From: Haloferax volcanii DS2
Lineage (GTDB): Archaea; Halobacteriota; Halobacteria; Halobacteriales; Haloferacaceae
DNA length: 32,000 nt
Assembly: GCF_000025685.1 (NCBI RefSeq)
Contig: NC_013967.1
Location: 870,001-902,000, forward strand
Direction of reading: 5' to 3'
In this document: piece by piece, positions 13,706 to 23,648 of the stretch
How positions within the stretch are numbered: the first letter of the stretch is position 1
Layout of the letters: every line of letters begins with the position of its first letter
The notes under the pieces: generated by a model
Told to the model about the DNA's origin: nothing
The model's input: only the letters and a program-made list of their open reading frames with translations
The model's database searches: none
Program-made: the position numbers and the translations under genes

Positions 13706-14860
13706 TCAGATGTAGTCGTGCTCGGCGAGACGCTCGACGGCCTCGCGGAGGCGCTCTTCGCTCGCGGCGTAGGAGATACGGGCGTAGCCCGGTGCGTTGA
13801 AGGCGCTTCCGGGGACGGTCGCGACCTTCGCGTCCTGAATCGCGCCCTCGCACCACGCCTGGTCGTCGTCGTCGACGGGGAGCATCATGTAGAACGCGCC
13901 CTTCGGGACGGCCACGTCGACGTCGTGTTCGGCGAGGAGGTCCACGAGCATGTCGCGGCGGTCCTCGAACGCCTGACGCATCTCCTCGACGTCGTCGTCG
14001 GTGCGCTCCGAGAGCGCCTCGACGCCGGCGTGCTGGACGAAGTTCACGGCGCAGGAGACCGAATGCGAGTGGAGCTTGCCGGCCTGCGCGATGAGGTCGG
14101 ACGGGGCGTGGAGGTAGCCGAGCCGCCAGCCGGTCATCGAGAACGCCTTCGAGAAGCCGTTGATGGTGATGGTGCGGTCTTCCATCCCGTCGAGGGAGCC
14201 GAGCGAGGTGTGCTCGAAGCCGTCGTAGACGATGCGCTCGTAAATCTCGTCGGAGATGACGGCGATGTCGTGTTCGACCGCGAGGTCGCGGACACCTTCG
14301 AGCGCAGCGTCGGAGAAGACACCGCCGGTCGGGTTCGACGGGCTGTTGACGACGAGCAGTTTCGTCTCGTCGGAGACGGTGTCTGCGAGTTCGTCGAGCG
14401 CGGGTTCGAGGCGGAAGTCGTGCTGCGCGAGGTCGACGCGGCTGAGCGTGCCGCCGGCGAGCTTGACCATCGCCTCGTAGGAGACCCACGCGGGGTCGAG
14501 GAGAACGACCTCGTCGCCGTCGTCGACGAGCGTCTGGAACGTCTCGAACAGCGCCTGCTTGCCGCCGGGCGTGACGATGACCTCGTCGGCCTCGGCGTCG
14601 ACGCCGTTCCCGCGGAGCTTCGCCGCGATAGCTTCCTTGAGTTCCGGAATCCCGTTCGACGAGGTGTAGCTCGTGTGTCCCGCGTCGAGGGCGTCCTTCG
14701 CCGCCTGCGTGATGTTGTCCGGGGTCGGGAAGTCCGGCGCGCCGACCGAGAGGTCGACGACGTCTTCGCCCTGCGCTTCCAGTTCGCTCGCGAGGTTCGA
14801 GATGGCGAGCGTCGCGCTCGGTTCGACGCGGCCGACTCGGTCGCTGAAATCGAAGTTCAT
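13706..14860 (-). CDS. pyridoxal-phosphate-dependent aminotransferase, class I (aspartate aminotransferase-like)
   Basis: 384 aa. Motifs NSPSNPTG and the PLP-lysine box (NGFSKAFSMTGWRLGY). Its ATG overlaps the ribH stop (ATGA). Confidence 0.92.
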   Translation of the reverse strand: MNFDFSDRVGRVEPSATLAISNLASELEAQGEDVVDLSVGAPDFPTPDNITQAAKDALDAGHTSYTSSNGIPELKEAIAAKLRGNGVDAEADEVIVTPGGKQALFETFQTLVDDGDEVVLLDPAWVSYEAMVKLAGGTLSRVDLAQHDFRLEPALDELADTVSDETKLLVVNSPSNPTGGVFSDAALEGVRDLAVEHDIAVISDEIYERIVYDGFEHTSLGSLDGMEDRTITINGFSKAFSMTGWRLGYLHAPSDLIAQAGKLHSHSVSCAVNFVQHAGVEALSERTDDDVEEMRQAFEDRRDMLVDLLAEHDVDVAVPKGAFYMMLPVDDDDQAWCEGAIQDAKVATVPGSAFNAPGYARISYAASEERLREAVERLAEHDYI

Positions 14861-15261
14861 GCCAACGCCTCCACCATATCGGTCGCGGCGTAAACCGCTT
14901 CCGCACCTTTGCTGACGCGCTCGCGCGCTTCAGCGCCGCTCATGCCGGGACCGGAGACGCCGAACGAGACGGGTTTGTCGCGGTCCAGCGAGACCTCCGT
15001 CAGCGACTTCGCGGTCGCGTCGGCGATGACGCGGTCGTGGTCGGTGTCGCCGGTGACGATTGCGCCGATGACGACGACGGCGTCGATGTCGTCGCGGCGG
15101 GCGAGTCGGTCGGCCGCGAGCGGCGAGTCGTACGCGCCGGGGACCTGAATCGTTTCGACGACCGCCGCGTCGCGCTCGGCGGCCGCGTCGCGGGCCGCGT
15201 CCTCCATCTGCTCCGTGACCGACGAGTTGAATCGGGCCACGACGAGTCCGAGAGAGACCAT
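14857..15261 (-). CDS. ribH: 6,7-dimethyl-8-ribityllumazine synthase
   Basis: 134 aa. Archaeal RibH-like sequence (GLVVARFNSSVTEQM, VPGAYDSPLAA, VVVIGAIVTGDTDHD). 4-nt overlap with the downstream aminotransferase gene. Confidence 0.9.
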   Translation of the reverse strand: MVSLGLVVARFNSSVTEQMEDAARDAAAERDAAVVETIQVPGAYDSPLAADRLARRDDIDAVVVIGAIVTGDTDHDRVIADATAKSLTEVSLDRDKPVSFGVSGPGMSGAEARERVSKGAEAVYAATDMVEALA

Positions 15262-15282
15262 GACCGACCCTTCCCGTCTCGG

Positions 15283-15288
15283 ATAAAA
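15283..15288 (-). promoter_or_regulatory. TATA box (TTTTAT on minus strand) of ribH
   Basis: Centred ~25 nt upstream of ATG 15261. Confidence 0.4.
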
Positions 15289-15368
15289 GAACTACCGACA
15301 CCGACCGAATTTGGCCCCGGCGACGGGCAAGCACAAAAGTTGTATTGGCGGCGTCGCGATGGGTGGGC

Positions 15369-17117
15369 ATGAGTACTGACAGTGGGACCGAGGCGGTCGC
15401 TCGGTCCCGTGCCCTCCTGGCGATTCTCGGCGTGACGGCCCTCGCCCTCCTCGCCCGCCTCGCCGACCTCGGCGGCCGCATCTTCCACTGGGACGAAGGC
15501 CGTGTCGGCTACTGGATTCTGCGGTATCACGAGACCGGCGAGTTCTCCTACCGGCCCATCATCCACGGTCCGTTCCTCCCCGTGGTCAACGACTACCTCT
15601 TTGCGGTCCTCCCGGCGACCGACTTCACGGCGCGGCTCCCCGTGGCGCTCGTCGGCGGCCTGCTCCCGCTTTCGGTCTGGCTGTTCCGCGAGCACCTCGG
15701 CCGCGACGTGCTGGTCGCGCTCGCGTTCTTCCTCGCGGCGAACCCGCTTTTGGTCTACTACTCGCGGTTCATGCGCAACGACGTGCTCGTGGCCGCCTTC
15801 TCGTTCGCCGCGCTCGGCTTCGTCGTCCGCGCGTACGACACCGGCCGCCTCGCCTACCTCATCCCCGCCGGGGCCTCTTTCGCAACGGGGGCGGCGACGA
15901 AAGAGAACTACGTCGTCTACCTCGCTTGTTTCCTCGGGGCGGCGTTCCTGGTCTTCGACCACCGGCTGCTCGCCCGCACGTCGGCCGGCGAGTCCGCCCG
16001 CGACATCCTCTTTTCCGAACTGCCCGCGAGTATCCGCGAGCGACTTCGCGCACGCGGGGCGGGAAGTCTCGGTTACGGCGCGGTTCGCTACGCCGCGGGC
16101 GTCCTCGGCGGCCTGCTCGCGTTCCTCGCCGTCTTCGTCTTCTTCTACGCGCCGCGGCCCGACCTCTGGAACGCGCTCGGCGGCTCCGCCTCGATGCTCC
16201 CGGTTCTCGAAGCCGGAAGCGTCGGCGCGGTCTCCGAGATGGTCGGCAGTTGGCTCGGCGGCGGCCACCAGTCCCACGAGTACCTCCCGTATCTGAAGGA
16301 CTTCCTCGAAACGTTCGTCTACGGCGCGCCGGTCCTCATCGTCTTCGCGCTCGTCGGCATCGTCGTCGACCGCTACGGCGTCGTCGCGGGCCGAATCCGG
16401 TGGCTCGTCGCCTTCGCCACCTACTGGGGCGTCGTGTGTATCTTCGGCTACCCGCTGGCGACCGACATCCAAGCGCCGTGGGTCGTCGTCCACGCGGTCG
16501 TCCCGCTGGCGATTCCCGCCGCGGTCGGCGCGGCGTTCGTCTTCCGCTCCGGCGTGCAGGCGCTCGACGCCAAAGACACGGTCGGCGTCGGCCTCGCGGC
16601 GCTCGTGCTGGTCGCCTCCGTCGGCGGCGTCGCGGCCGCGAACGTCGACTACTGGAACGCCTCGACCGGCGAGGACAGCGAGGTGCTCCAGTGGGCGCAA
16701 CCCGCGAACGACTTACAGGCCACCCTCGACGACGTGGAGCGCGTGTCGGCCGCCAACTCCGGGACGGACGTGCTCCTGTACGGCACGCATCCGCCGGACA
16801 GCGACGAGACGCACTTCTACGTCGAAAACGAGTCTGCCCCCCTCGACGGGCCGTCGTGGCACAGTCGCCTCCCGCTCCCGTGGTACTTCGAGAGCGCGGG
16901 CGTCGAGCGCACCAGTAGCGCGCCCGACGCGAACGTCTCCGAGGTGACCGCCGACGCGCCGCCGGTCGTCATCGCCTACGAGTGGGACCGCGCCGAACTC
17001 GAATCCGAACTCGACGGCTACGTCGCGCGCCAACACGCCTTCAAGCTCTGGAGCGAGGACGTGGTCGTGTTCATCGACGAGGACGCCCTCGACGCCGCGA
17101 ACGAGACGCGGGGCTGA
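15369..17117 (+). CDS. polytopic GT-C-fold membrane protein, TIGR03663/Agl23-like (flippase-activity-associated, N-glycosylation related)
   Basis: 582 aa from ATG 15369. The track start 15345 is TTG. Many TM helices and a soluble C-terminal domain. The N-terminal pattern LLARLADLGGRIFHWDEGRVGYWILRY recalls the haloarchaeal TIGR03663 family. A weak TATA-like TTGTATT lies ~26 nt upstream. Confidence 0.75.
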   Translation: MSTDSGTEAVARSRALLAILGVTALALLARLADLGGRIFHWDEGRVGYWILRYHETGEFSYRPIIHGPFLPVVNDYLFAVLPATDFTARLPVALVGGLLPLSVWLFREHLGRDVLVALAFFLAANPLLVYYSRFMRNDVLVAAFSFAALGFVVRAYDTGRLAYLIPAGASFATGAATKENYVVYLACFLGAAFLVFDHRLLARTSAGESARDILFSELPASIRERLRARGAGSLGYGAVRYAAGVLGGLLAFLAVFVFFYAPRPDLWNALGGSASMLPVLEAGSVGAVSEMVGSWLGGGHQSHEYLPYLKDFLETFVYGAPVLIVFALVGIVVDRYGVVAGRIRWLVAFATYWGVVCIFGYPLATDIQAPWVVVHAVVPLAIPAAVGAAFVFRSGVQALDAKDTVGVGLAALVLVASVGGVAAANVDYWNASTGEDSEVLQWAQPANDLQATLDDVERVSAANSGTDVLLYGTHPPDSDETHFYVENESAPLDGPSWHSRLPLPWYFESAGVERTSSAPDANVSEVTADAPPVVIAYEWDRAELESELDGYVARQHAFKLWSEDVVVFIDEDALDAANETRG

Positions 17118-17146
17118 CGCTCGGTCGGGGCGTTCGACCACCTCGA

Positions 17147-17151
17147 TTTTT
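17147..17151 (+). terminator. T5 run downstream of the Agl23-like gene
   Basis: TTTTT 30 nt after the stop at 17115-17117. Confidence 0.35.
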
Positions 17152-17261
17152 CCTCGCGTTCGACAGGGTGAGCGCCGCGAGCGCCCGGCGCGTTCGGCGT
17201 CGGCTGTTGTCCAATTCTATCCACGTATGTGACTATCTCGGCACCGAATGTGGCAACGTTT

Positions 17262-18434
17262 ATGCACCGACGTACTGAATCCGCGACTGTGACCGTCACC
17301 GTACCCGGACCCACGCTCGGCGTCGTCGGTGGGGGCCAGCTCGGGCGTATGCTCGGGGAGGCCGCCGCACCGCTCGGCGTCGACATCGTCGTGCTCGACC
17401 CGACACCCGACTGCCCGGCGTCGGCCGTCGCCGACCAAATCGTCGGCGGCTTCGACGACCCCGAGGCGATGGCGGAACTCGCCGCCCGGGCCGACGCGCT
17501 GACGTTCGAAATCGAACTCGCCGACCCCGACCTGCTCGACGAACTGGCCGCCGAGGAGGGCATCGCGGTCCACCCGTCGCCCGACGCGCTCCGGACCATC
17601 GAGGACAAACTGGTCCAGAAGGACACCTTCGGCGAGGCGGGCATCCCGATTCCGCCGTTCCACCGCGTCGACGACGCGGCCGACCTCCGCGACGCGCTCG
17701 ACGAGTTCGGCTCGGTCATGCTGAAAGCCCGAACCGGCGGCTACGACGGCCGCGGGAACGTCCCCGTGTCCGGCCCCGACGAGGCCGAGGCCGCCATCGA
17801 GGAGGTCGGCGGCCCGGCGATGGCCGAGGCGTTCGTCGACTTCGAGCGCGAACTCTCGGTCATCGGCGTCCGCGGCGATGACGAGATTCGGACGTTCCCC
17901 GCGGGCGAGAACGTCCACGAGGAGGAGATTCTCCGCGAGACGGTCGTCCCGGCGCGGACGACGGACGAGGTGCGCGAGGAGGCCGACCGCGTCGCCCGAG
18001 AGGTGCTGTCGCACCTGCCCGGCCGCGGCGTCTTCGGCATCGAACTGTTCGAGACCGCCGCGGGCGACGTGCTCGTCAACGAGGTCGCCCCGCGCCCGCA
18101 CAACTCCGGCCACTGGACCATCGAGGGCGCGCTCACCTCGCAGTTCGAACAGCACGTCCGCGCGGTCCTCGGGTGGCCCCTCGGCGCGACGACCCGCCGG
18201 TCGCCCACCGTGATGGCGAACGTCCTCGGCACGGTCGACGAGAGCCAGCCGGCGCGACTCGGCGGCCTCGACGACGCGCTCGCGGAATCGGGCGTCTCGC
18301 TGCACTGGTACGGCAAAGACGAGGTTCGCCCCCTGCGAAAGATGGGCCACCTCACCGCCGTCGGCGGCGACGACGCCGACCTCGAGCTTCTCGCACGCGC
18401 ACGCGAGCTTCGCGACGGACTGCGCTTCGACTGA
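17262..18434 (+). CDS. purK: 5-(carboxyamino)imidazole ribonucleotide synthase (ATP-grasp)
   Basis: N-terminal LGVVGGGQLGRML, ATP-grasp core, C-terminal HWYGK..RKMGH motif. ATG 17262 is preferred and GTG 17229 is an alternative. purE follows 6 nt later. Confidence 0.9.
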   Translation: MHRRTESATVTVTVPGPTLGVVGGGQLGRMLGEAAAPLGVDIVVLDPTPDCPASAVADQIVGGFDDPEAMAELAARADALTFEIELADPDLLDELAAEEGIAVHPSPDALRTIEDKLVQKDTFGEAGIPIPPFHRVDDAADLRDALDEFGSVMLKARTGGYDGRGNVPVSGPDEAEAAIEEVGGPAMAEAFVDFERELSVIGVRGDDEIRTFPAGENVHEEEILRETVVPARTTDEVREEADRVAREVLSHLPGRGVFGIELFETAAGDVLVNEVAPRPHNSGHWTIEGALTSQFEQHVRAVLGWPLGATTRRSPTVMANVLGTVDESQPARLGGLDDALAESGVSLHWYGKDEVRPLRKMGHLTAVGGDDADLELLARARELRDGLRFD

Positions 18435-18440
18435 TTCACC

Positions 18441-19052
18441 ATGACGACAGAACGGGACCTCATCGACGAACTGCACGCACAGGCCGACGCCGACCGCGAC
18501 CCCGAGACGACGCCCGACGTGGGCATCATCATGGGGTCCGACTCCGACCTCGACGTGATGTCCGGCGCGCACGAGGCGCTGGACACGCTCGGATTCGGCG
18601 AGCAAACCGACTTCGACGCGCCGCCCGAAGAGCGCTTTTCCTACGAGACGTACGTCGTCTCCGCACACCGGACGCCGGACCTGATGTACGCCTACGGCGA
18701 CACCGCGCGCGACCGAGGCGTCGAGGTCATCATCGCCGGCGCGGGCGGCAAGTCCGCGGACCTCCCGAACATGACTGCCTCCATCGCGTACCCGATTCCG
18801 GTCGTCGGCGTCCCCGTTCAGGAGAAGTCGGTCGACTCGGTCATCGGGATGCCGACCGGCGCACCCATCGTCGCGGTCGACGCCGGCAAGTCGTTCAACG
18901 CGGCGCTGTCGGCCGTACAGGCGCTCTCCCGCGGCACCCCCGAACTCGAAGACAGACTCGTCGACTACCACGAGGACCTCGTGTCCGACGTGGCCGAGAC
19001 CTCGGCCGCGCTCCACGACCTCGGCGTCGCCGGCTTCCGCGAGTCGCGGTAG
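18441..19052 (+). CDS. purE: 5-(carboxyamino)imidazole ribonucleotide mutase
   Basis: 203 aa. Motifs GIIMGSDSD, SAHRTPD, IIAGAGG. Acidic N-terminal extension. Confidence 0.9.
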   Translation: MTTERDLIDELHAQADADRDPETTPDVGIIMGSDSDLDVMSGAHEALDTLGFGEQTDFDAPPEERFSYETYVVSAHRTPDLMYAYGDTARDRGVEVIIAGAGGKSADLPNMTASIAYPIPVVGVPVQEKSVDSVIGMPTGAPIVAVDAGKSFNAALSAVQALSRGTPELEDRLVDYHEDLVSDVAETSAALHDLGVAGFRESR

Positions 19053-19121
19053 CGGGGCGCGTTTCGCGGTCGGTCACCGCCCGGTCGTTTCCGCGTCTGT
19101 GGGGGTCGATTCCGGCGGCGA

Positions 19122-19141
19122 AACCCCGCCCGTGCGGGGTT
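19122..19141 (+). terminator. perfect 8-bp hairpin (AACCCCGC-ccgt-GCGGGGTT) after purE
   Basis: Inverted repeat 70 nt after the purE stop, followed ~20 nt later by ATTTTCC. Confidence 0.4.
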
Positions 19142-19205
19142 CCGGGCGTCTCTCGCGTATTTTCCAAATAGAAGCCCTCTCGCGCCCGAAACACACAAAT
19201 CAATG

Positions 19206-19211
19206 TTTATA
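19206..19211 (+). promoter_or_regulatory. consensus TATA box (TTTATA) of the nuo operon
   Basis: 41-46 nt upstream of nuoA ATG 19252. This predicts a ~17-nt leader containing the SD-like GGAGACAC at 19241-19248. Confidence 0.5.
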
Positions 19212-19251
19212 GGGGAGCGCTTCTAACCGCCGCACGTCAGGGAGACACGGC

Positions 19252-19668
19252 ATGAGTGATTGGATTGCAATCGGTGCGATGGGGCTGGTCGGTGTCGGCA
19301 TACCGCTCGCGATGATGGCGGTGTCGGCGCTGCTTCGCCCAAGCGTACCGGAACAAGGAAAGAGTGCCACGTACGAGAGTGGTGAGGTGCCGACAGGTAC
19401 GGCGCGCGTCCAGTTTAACATTCAGTACTACATGGTCGCGCTGCTGTTCCTCGTATTCGACATCGAGACCGTCCTAATTTTCCCCTGGACGGTCATCTAC
19501 CGCTCGGCCCTCGAACAGGGCGCGTCGCTAGCGACGATTCTGACGCCGATGCTCGTTTTCATCGGTGTCCTCGTCGTCGGCCTCGTCTGGGCGTGGCGCA
19601 ACGGCGCAGTCAAGTGGGTCAAAAGCCCGCAGGCAAACCGTCGTAAGACAGAGAGGCAAGATGCATGA
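19252..19668 (+). CDS. nuoA: NADH-quinone oxidoreductase subunit A
   Basis: 138 aa, 3 TM. Signature YYMVALLFLVFDIETVLIFPW. First gene of the nuo cluster. Confidence 0.93.
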   Translation: MSDWIAIGAMGLVGVGIPLAMMAVSALLRPSVPEQGKSATYESGEVPTGTARVQFNIQYYMVALLFLVFDIETVLIFPWTVIYRSALEQGASLATILTPMLVFIGVLVVGLVWAWRNGAVKWVKSPQANRRKTERQDA

Positions 19669-20366
19669 GTAGCGAACAGAAGCCATTCGTCACGGACGAC
19701 ACACAGGTACAGACCGAGACTCGCGACGCCCGCATGGCGGGGGCGGACGACCGGTTCAACTCGAAGCTTCGGGAGGCGTTCGGCTCGTCACCGTTCATCC
19801 TCACGAAGTTCGACAAGTTCATGAACTGGGTCCGCGGGTCCTCGATGTTCATGCTGCAGTTCGGTATCGCGTGCTGCAGCATCGAGATGATGCACACCTA
19901 CTCGGTGAAACACGACCTCGACCGCTTTGCGGCCGGGGTCCCGCGTGCGTCGCCGCGGCAGGCCGACGTGATTATCGTGCCGGGGACCATCGTCTCGAAG
20001 TTCGCCCCGCGCATGAAGCGCGTCTACGACCAGATGCCCGAACCGAAGTTCGTCGTCGGCATGGGGTCGTGTACGATTTCCGGCGGCCCGTTCCAGGAGG
20101 GCTACAACGTCATCAAGGGCGCAGAAGAGGTCATTCCGGTGGACATTCACATCCCCGGCTGTCCGCCGCGCCCGGAGGCGCTCATCTACGGTATCGCGAA
20201 GCTGCAAGAGCGCATCGCCAACGGCGAGTCCAGCCCGGTGACGGTCAAGCCGTACGAGCTGGAGCAGTTCGGCGACCTCGAACGCGACGAAATCGTCGAC
20301 AAGCTCGCCGAGGAGATCGACGAAGAGGACCTCGTCATGCGGTACAACTGGGCTGATTCGCCATGA
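19665..20366 (+). CDS. nuoB: NADH-quinone oxidoreductase subunit B
   Basis: 233 aa. N2-cluster cysteines ([30 protein letters not shown]). ATGA overlap with nuoA. Confidence 0.95.
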   Translation: MSSEQKPFVTDDTQVQTETRDARMAGADDRFNSKLREAFGSSPFILTKFDKFMNWVRGSSMFMLQFGIACCSIEMMHTYSVKHDLDRFAAGVPRASPRQADVIIVPGTIVSKFAPRMKRVYDQMPEPKFVVGMGSCTISGGPFQEGYNVIKGAEEVIPVDIHIPGCPPRPEALIYGIAKLQERIANGESSPVTVKPYELEQFGDLERDEIVDKLAEEIDEEDLVMRYNWADSP

Positions 20367-22036
20367 GCCTCGAAGAACAGCAGTCCGACGACCCCGCGGA
20401 ACTCGAATCGGGCGTCAGCCGCGGCGACGAACTCGCAGAGCTGCTCGGCGACCTCGTCGTCGGCCGCGAAGAGCACCTGAACGCGCCCGGCCTCGTCATC
20501 CGTCCCGACGAGGTCCAAGACGCGCTGTTCAAACTCCGCGACGAAGCGGGCTTCGACCACCTCTCGTGTGTGACCGCACAGGAGTACGAGGACCGCTACG
20601 AGTCCATCTACCACCTGACGAAGTTCGACGACCGGACCGACGAGGTCTCGGTCGTCGTGCCCACGTCGAAGGACAACCCGGTCAGTCAGTCCGCCGAGCC
20701 GGTGTTCCGGACGGCCGACTGGCACGAGCGGGAGGCGTACGACCTCGTCGGTATCCAGTACGAGGACCATCCGGACCTGCGTCGCATCCTCCTGCCGGAG
20801 ACGTGGCAGGGTCACCCGCTCGGGCTTGACTACGACCAGGACCGCCCGCAGATTGCGACGCTCCGCGAGCACGCGAACCCGCTCGAAGAGGACCACCGCG
20901 CCGGGGACAGCAACACGATGTACATCAACATCGGTCCCCACCACCCGGCGACCCACGGCGTGCTGCACGTCGAGACGGTCGTCGACGGCGAACAGGTCGT
21001 CGACCTCGAATCCGACATCGGCTACCTCCACCGCTGCGAGGAACAGATGTGTCAACAGGGGACCTACCGGCACCAGATTATGCCGTACCCCGACCGCTGG
21101 GACTACATCTCGTCGGGTCTCCTGAACGAGTGGGCGTACGCCCGCGCCGCCGAGGACCTCGCGGACATCGAGGTGCCCGAGTACGCCCAGATTATCCGCA
21201 CGATGGGTGCGGAACTGTGCCGCATCGCGTCGCACATGATCGCGCTCGGCACGTTCGCGCTGGACGTCTACGGCGACTTCACGGCCATCTTCATGTACGC
21301 CATGCGGGACCGCGAGATCGTCCAGAACATTCTGGAGGACCTCACGGGCCAGCGCATGATGTTCAACTACTTCCGGCTCGGCGGGGTCGTCTGGGACCTC
21401 CCCGAACCCCGCGAGGAGTTCTTCGAGAAGATTCGCGACTTCATGGACGGGCTCCCGCAGGCGCTCGAGGAGTACCACGACATGATTACCTCGAACGAAA
21501 TCCTGCAGGCCCGGACGGTCGGCACGGGCGTCCTGTCGCCGGAAGTCGCAAAGAGCTACGGCGCGACCGGGCCGGTCGCCCGCGGCTCCGGTATCGACTA
21601 CGACCTCCGTCGCGACGACTCCTACGGCTACTACGACGAACTCGAGTGGGACGTCGTCGTCGAGGACGGCTGCGACAACTTCTCGCGCCTGCTCGTGCGC
21701 ATGCGCGAAGTCGAGGAGTCGGCCAAGATCATCCAGCAGTGTGTCGACCTGCTCGAAGACTGGCCCGAAGACGAGCGGAACATCCAGGCGAACGTTCCGC
21801 GCACCCTCAAGCCCGACGAGGACACGGAAATCTACCGCGCCGTCGAGGGCGCGAAGGGCGAACTCGGCATCTACATCCGCGCGGACGGCACGGACAAGCC
21901 GGCTCGCTTCAAGATTCGGAGCCCGTGTTTCTCGAACCTCCAGACGCTCCCCGAGATGTCCGAGGGTGAGTACATTCCGGACATGATTGCCTCGCTCGGC
22001 AGCCTCGACATCGTGCTCGGAGAGGTGGACAGGTGA
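20363..22036 (+). CDS. nuoCD: NADH-quinone oxidoreductase subunit C/D fusion (operon copy)
   Basis: 557 aa. NuoC plus NuoD motifs (EREAYDLVGIQYEDHPDLRRILLPE, NIGPHHPATHGV, DRWDYISSG, SLDIVLGEVDR). ATGA overlap with nuoB. Confidence 0.95.
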   Translation: MSLEEQQSDDPAELESGVSRGDELAELLGDLVVGREEHLNAPGLVIRPDEVQDALFKLRDEAGFDHLSCVTAQEYEDRYESIYHLTKFDDRTDEVSVVVPTSKDNPVSQSAEPVFRTADWHEREAYDLVGIQYEDHPDLRRILLPETWQGHPLGLDYDQDRPQIATLREHANPLEEDHRAGDSNTMYINIGPHHPATHGVLHVETVVDGEQVVDLESDIGYLHRCEEQMCQQGTYRHQIMPYPDRWDYISSGLLNEWAYARAAEDLADIEVPEYAQIIRTMGAELCRIASHMIALGTFALDVYGDFTAIFMYAMRDREIVQNILEDLTGQRMMFNYFRLGGVVWDLPEPREEFFEKIRDFMDGLPQALEEYHDMITSNEILQARTVGTGVLSPEVAKSYGATGPVARGSGIDYDLRRDDSYGYYDELEWDVVVEDGCDNFSRLLVRMREVEESAKIIQQCVDLLEDWPEDERNIQANVPRTLKPDEDTEIYRAVEGAKGELGIYIRADGTDKPARFKIRSPCFSNLQTLPEMSEGEYIPDMIASLGSLDIVLGEVDR

Positions 22037-23085
22037 TGCATCTGCAAGCGGTCCTTCCGGACACGGTCAGCGGCCTCCTCGGTCTCGAAGGCATCCTCGG
22101 GGACGTCGTCGGCGGCCTCGTCGGCGCGTTCCTCGTCGCCAACATCATGCTCATCATGACGGCGTTCGCCGGGCCGTGGGCGAAGCGGAAAATCACGGCC
22201 GCCTTCGCCGACCGCATCGCGGTCAACCGAATCGGTCCGTTCGGTCTCCTGACCATCGTCACGGACGCGGTCCGTCTGCTGTCGAAGGAACTCGTCGTCC
22301 CCGAGGGCGTCGACCGTCCCGCCTGGGACCTCGCGCCGATGGTCATTCCCTTCTCCGCGCTGCTCGGATTCGCCGTCATCCCGATGGGCAACGGCATCCA
22401 GCTCGCGGACCCCGAAACCGGTCTCGCCTTTGCCTTCGCCGCGGCGTCTATCGCCTCGCTCGGCATCGTCATGACCGGCTACGCATCGAACAACAAGTTC
22501 TCGCTCATCGGCGCGCTCCGCGCCGTCGCGGCGAACATCGCTTACGAGATTCCGCTGGTCGTCACGGCGGCCTCGGTCGTTATCTTCGCCGGGTCGCTCC
22601 GCATGAGCGAAATCGTCGCCGTGCAGGCCGAACCGCTGCTTTCGGTCGCCGGCGTGACGATTCCGACGTGGTTCGCGTTCGTGAACCCCTTCGCGTTCGC
22701 GCTGTTCGTCATCGCGAACCTCGCGGAGGTCGGCCGCAACCCGTTCGACATCCCCGAAGCGCCGACCGAGATTGTCGCCGGGTACCAGACCGAGTACTCC
22801 TCGGTCTACTTCGTGCTCATCTACCTCGGTGAGTTCATCCACATCTTCCTCGGCGGCGCTATCGCGGCGACCCTGTTCCTCGGCGGTCCGGCGGGCCCGG
22901 TTCTCCCCGGATTCGTCTGGTTCACAATCAAAATCTGGGCGTTCTTCCTGTTCACCCAGTGGGCGCGCTCCGCAGTGCCGCGCCTTCGCGTCGATCAGTT
23001 CCTCGAAATCGGTTGGAAGGGGATGCTCGTGCTCTCCTTCGCCAACCTGGTTCTCACGGCCATCATCGTGGGGGTGATTGCATGA
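22036..23085 (+). CDS. nuoH: NADH-quinone oxidoreductase subunit H
   Basis: Polytopic. Signature EVGRNPFDIPEAPTEIVAGYQTEYSS. ATG 22036 overlaps the nuoCD stop (TGATG). GTG 22033 is the alternative given by the ORF track. Confidence 0.93.
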   Translation: MHLQAVLPDTVSGLLGLEGILGDVVGGLVGAFLVANIMLIMTAFAGPWAKRKITAAFADRIAVNRIGPFGLLTIVTDAVRLLSKELVVPEGVDRPAWDLAPMVIPFSALLGFAVIPMGNGIQLADPETGLAFAFAAASIASLGIVMTGYASNNKFSLIGALRAVAANIAYEIPLVVTAASVVIFAGSLRMSEIVAVQAEPLLSVAGVTIPTWFAFVNPFAFALFVIANLAEVGRNPFDIPEAPTEIVAGYQTEYSSVYFVLIYLGEFIHIFLGGAIAATLFLGGPAGPVLPGFVWFTIKIWAFFLFTQWARSAVPRLRVDQFLEIGWKGMLVLSFANLVLTAIIVGVIA

Positions 23086-23543
23086 TCGGAATCCTGAAAG
23101 GCATGGCAGTGACGCTGAAGCACGCGCTCGACGGGCAGACGTTCACGGTCGAGTACCCCGAGACCGCGCCCGAAGTGAGCCCGCGTTTCCGCGGCGTCCA
23201 CAAGTTCAGCCAAGAGCGGTGTATCTGGTGTCGCCAGTGTGAGAACGTCTGTCCGAACGACACGATTCAGATCGTTCAGGACGACCAGCGCAACGGCGAG
23301 CAGTACAACCTCCACATCGGCCAGTGTATCTACTGCCGGCTGTGCGAGGAGGTCTGTCCCGTCGACGCCATCCTGCTCACGCAGAACTTCGAGTTCACGG
23401 CGGACACGAAAAACGACTTCGTCTACAACAAAGAACAGCTCAAGAACGTCCCGTGGTACAAGGATATCGACCCGCTCAACTCCCGCAACCCCGACCGCAA
23501 CGCGTGGGTCGGCGAGGGCGAAGGAGAGGTCGACTACCAGTAA
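23082..23543 (+). CDS. nuoI: NADH-quinone oxidoreductase subunit I (2x[4Fe-4S] ferredoxin)
   Basis: 153 aa from ATG 23082 (ATGA overlap with nuoH). Two Cys boxes, CIWCRQCENVCP and CIYCRLCEEVCP. The track start 22959 lies inside nuoH and is rejected. Confidence 0.93.
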   Translation: MIGILKGMAVTLKHALDGQTFTVEYPETAPEVSPRFRGVHKFSQERCIWCRQCENVCPNDTIQIVQDDQRNGEQYNLHIGQCIYCRLCEEVCPVDAILLTQNFEFTADTKNDFVYNKEQLKNVPWYKDIDPLNSRNPDRNAWVGEGEGEVDYQ

Positions 23544-23648
23544 CATGACCGCGAGTGAATCGTTCGAGTCCCGTCAGCCCGCGTCCGCTACCGGACGCTG
23601 AGGACGTTCTCGAAATGTTCAAAGGGATATCTCAAGGAGACACACACA

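Noticed and set aside
23545-23601. 18-codon ORF (MTASESFESRQPASATGR) in the nuoI-nuoJ1 spacer
   Set aside because: It is too short, has no SD or TATA support, and its composition is indistinguishable from chance in GC-rich DNA.
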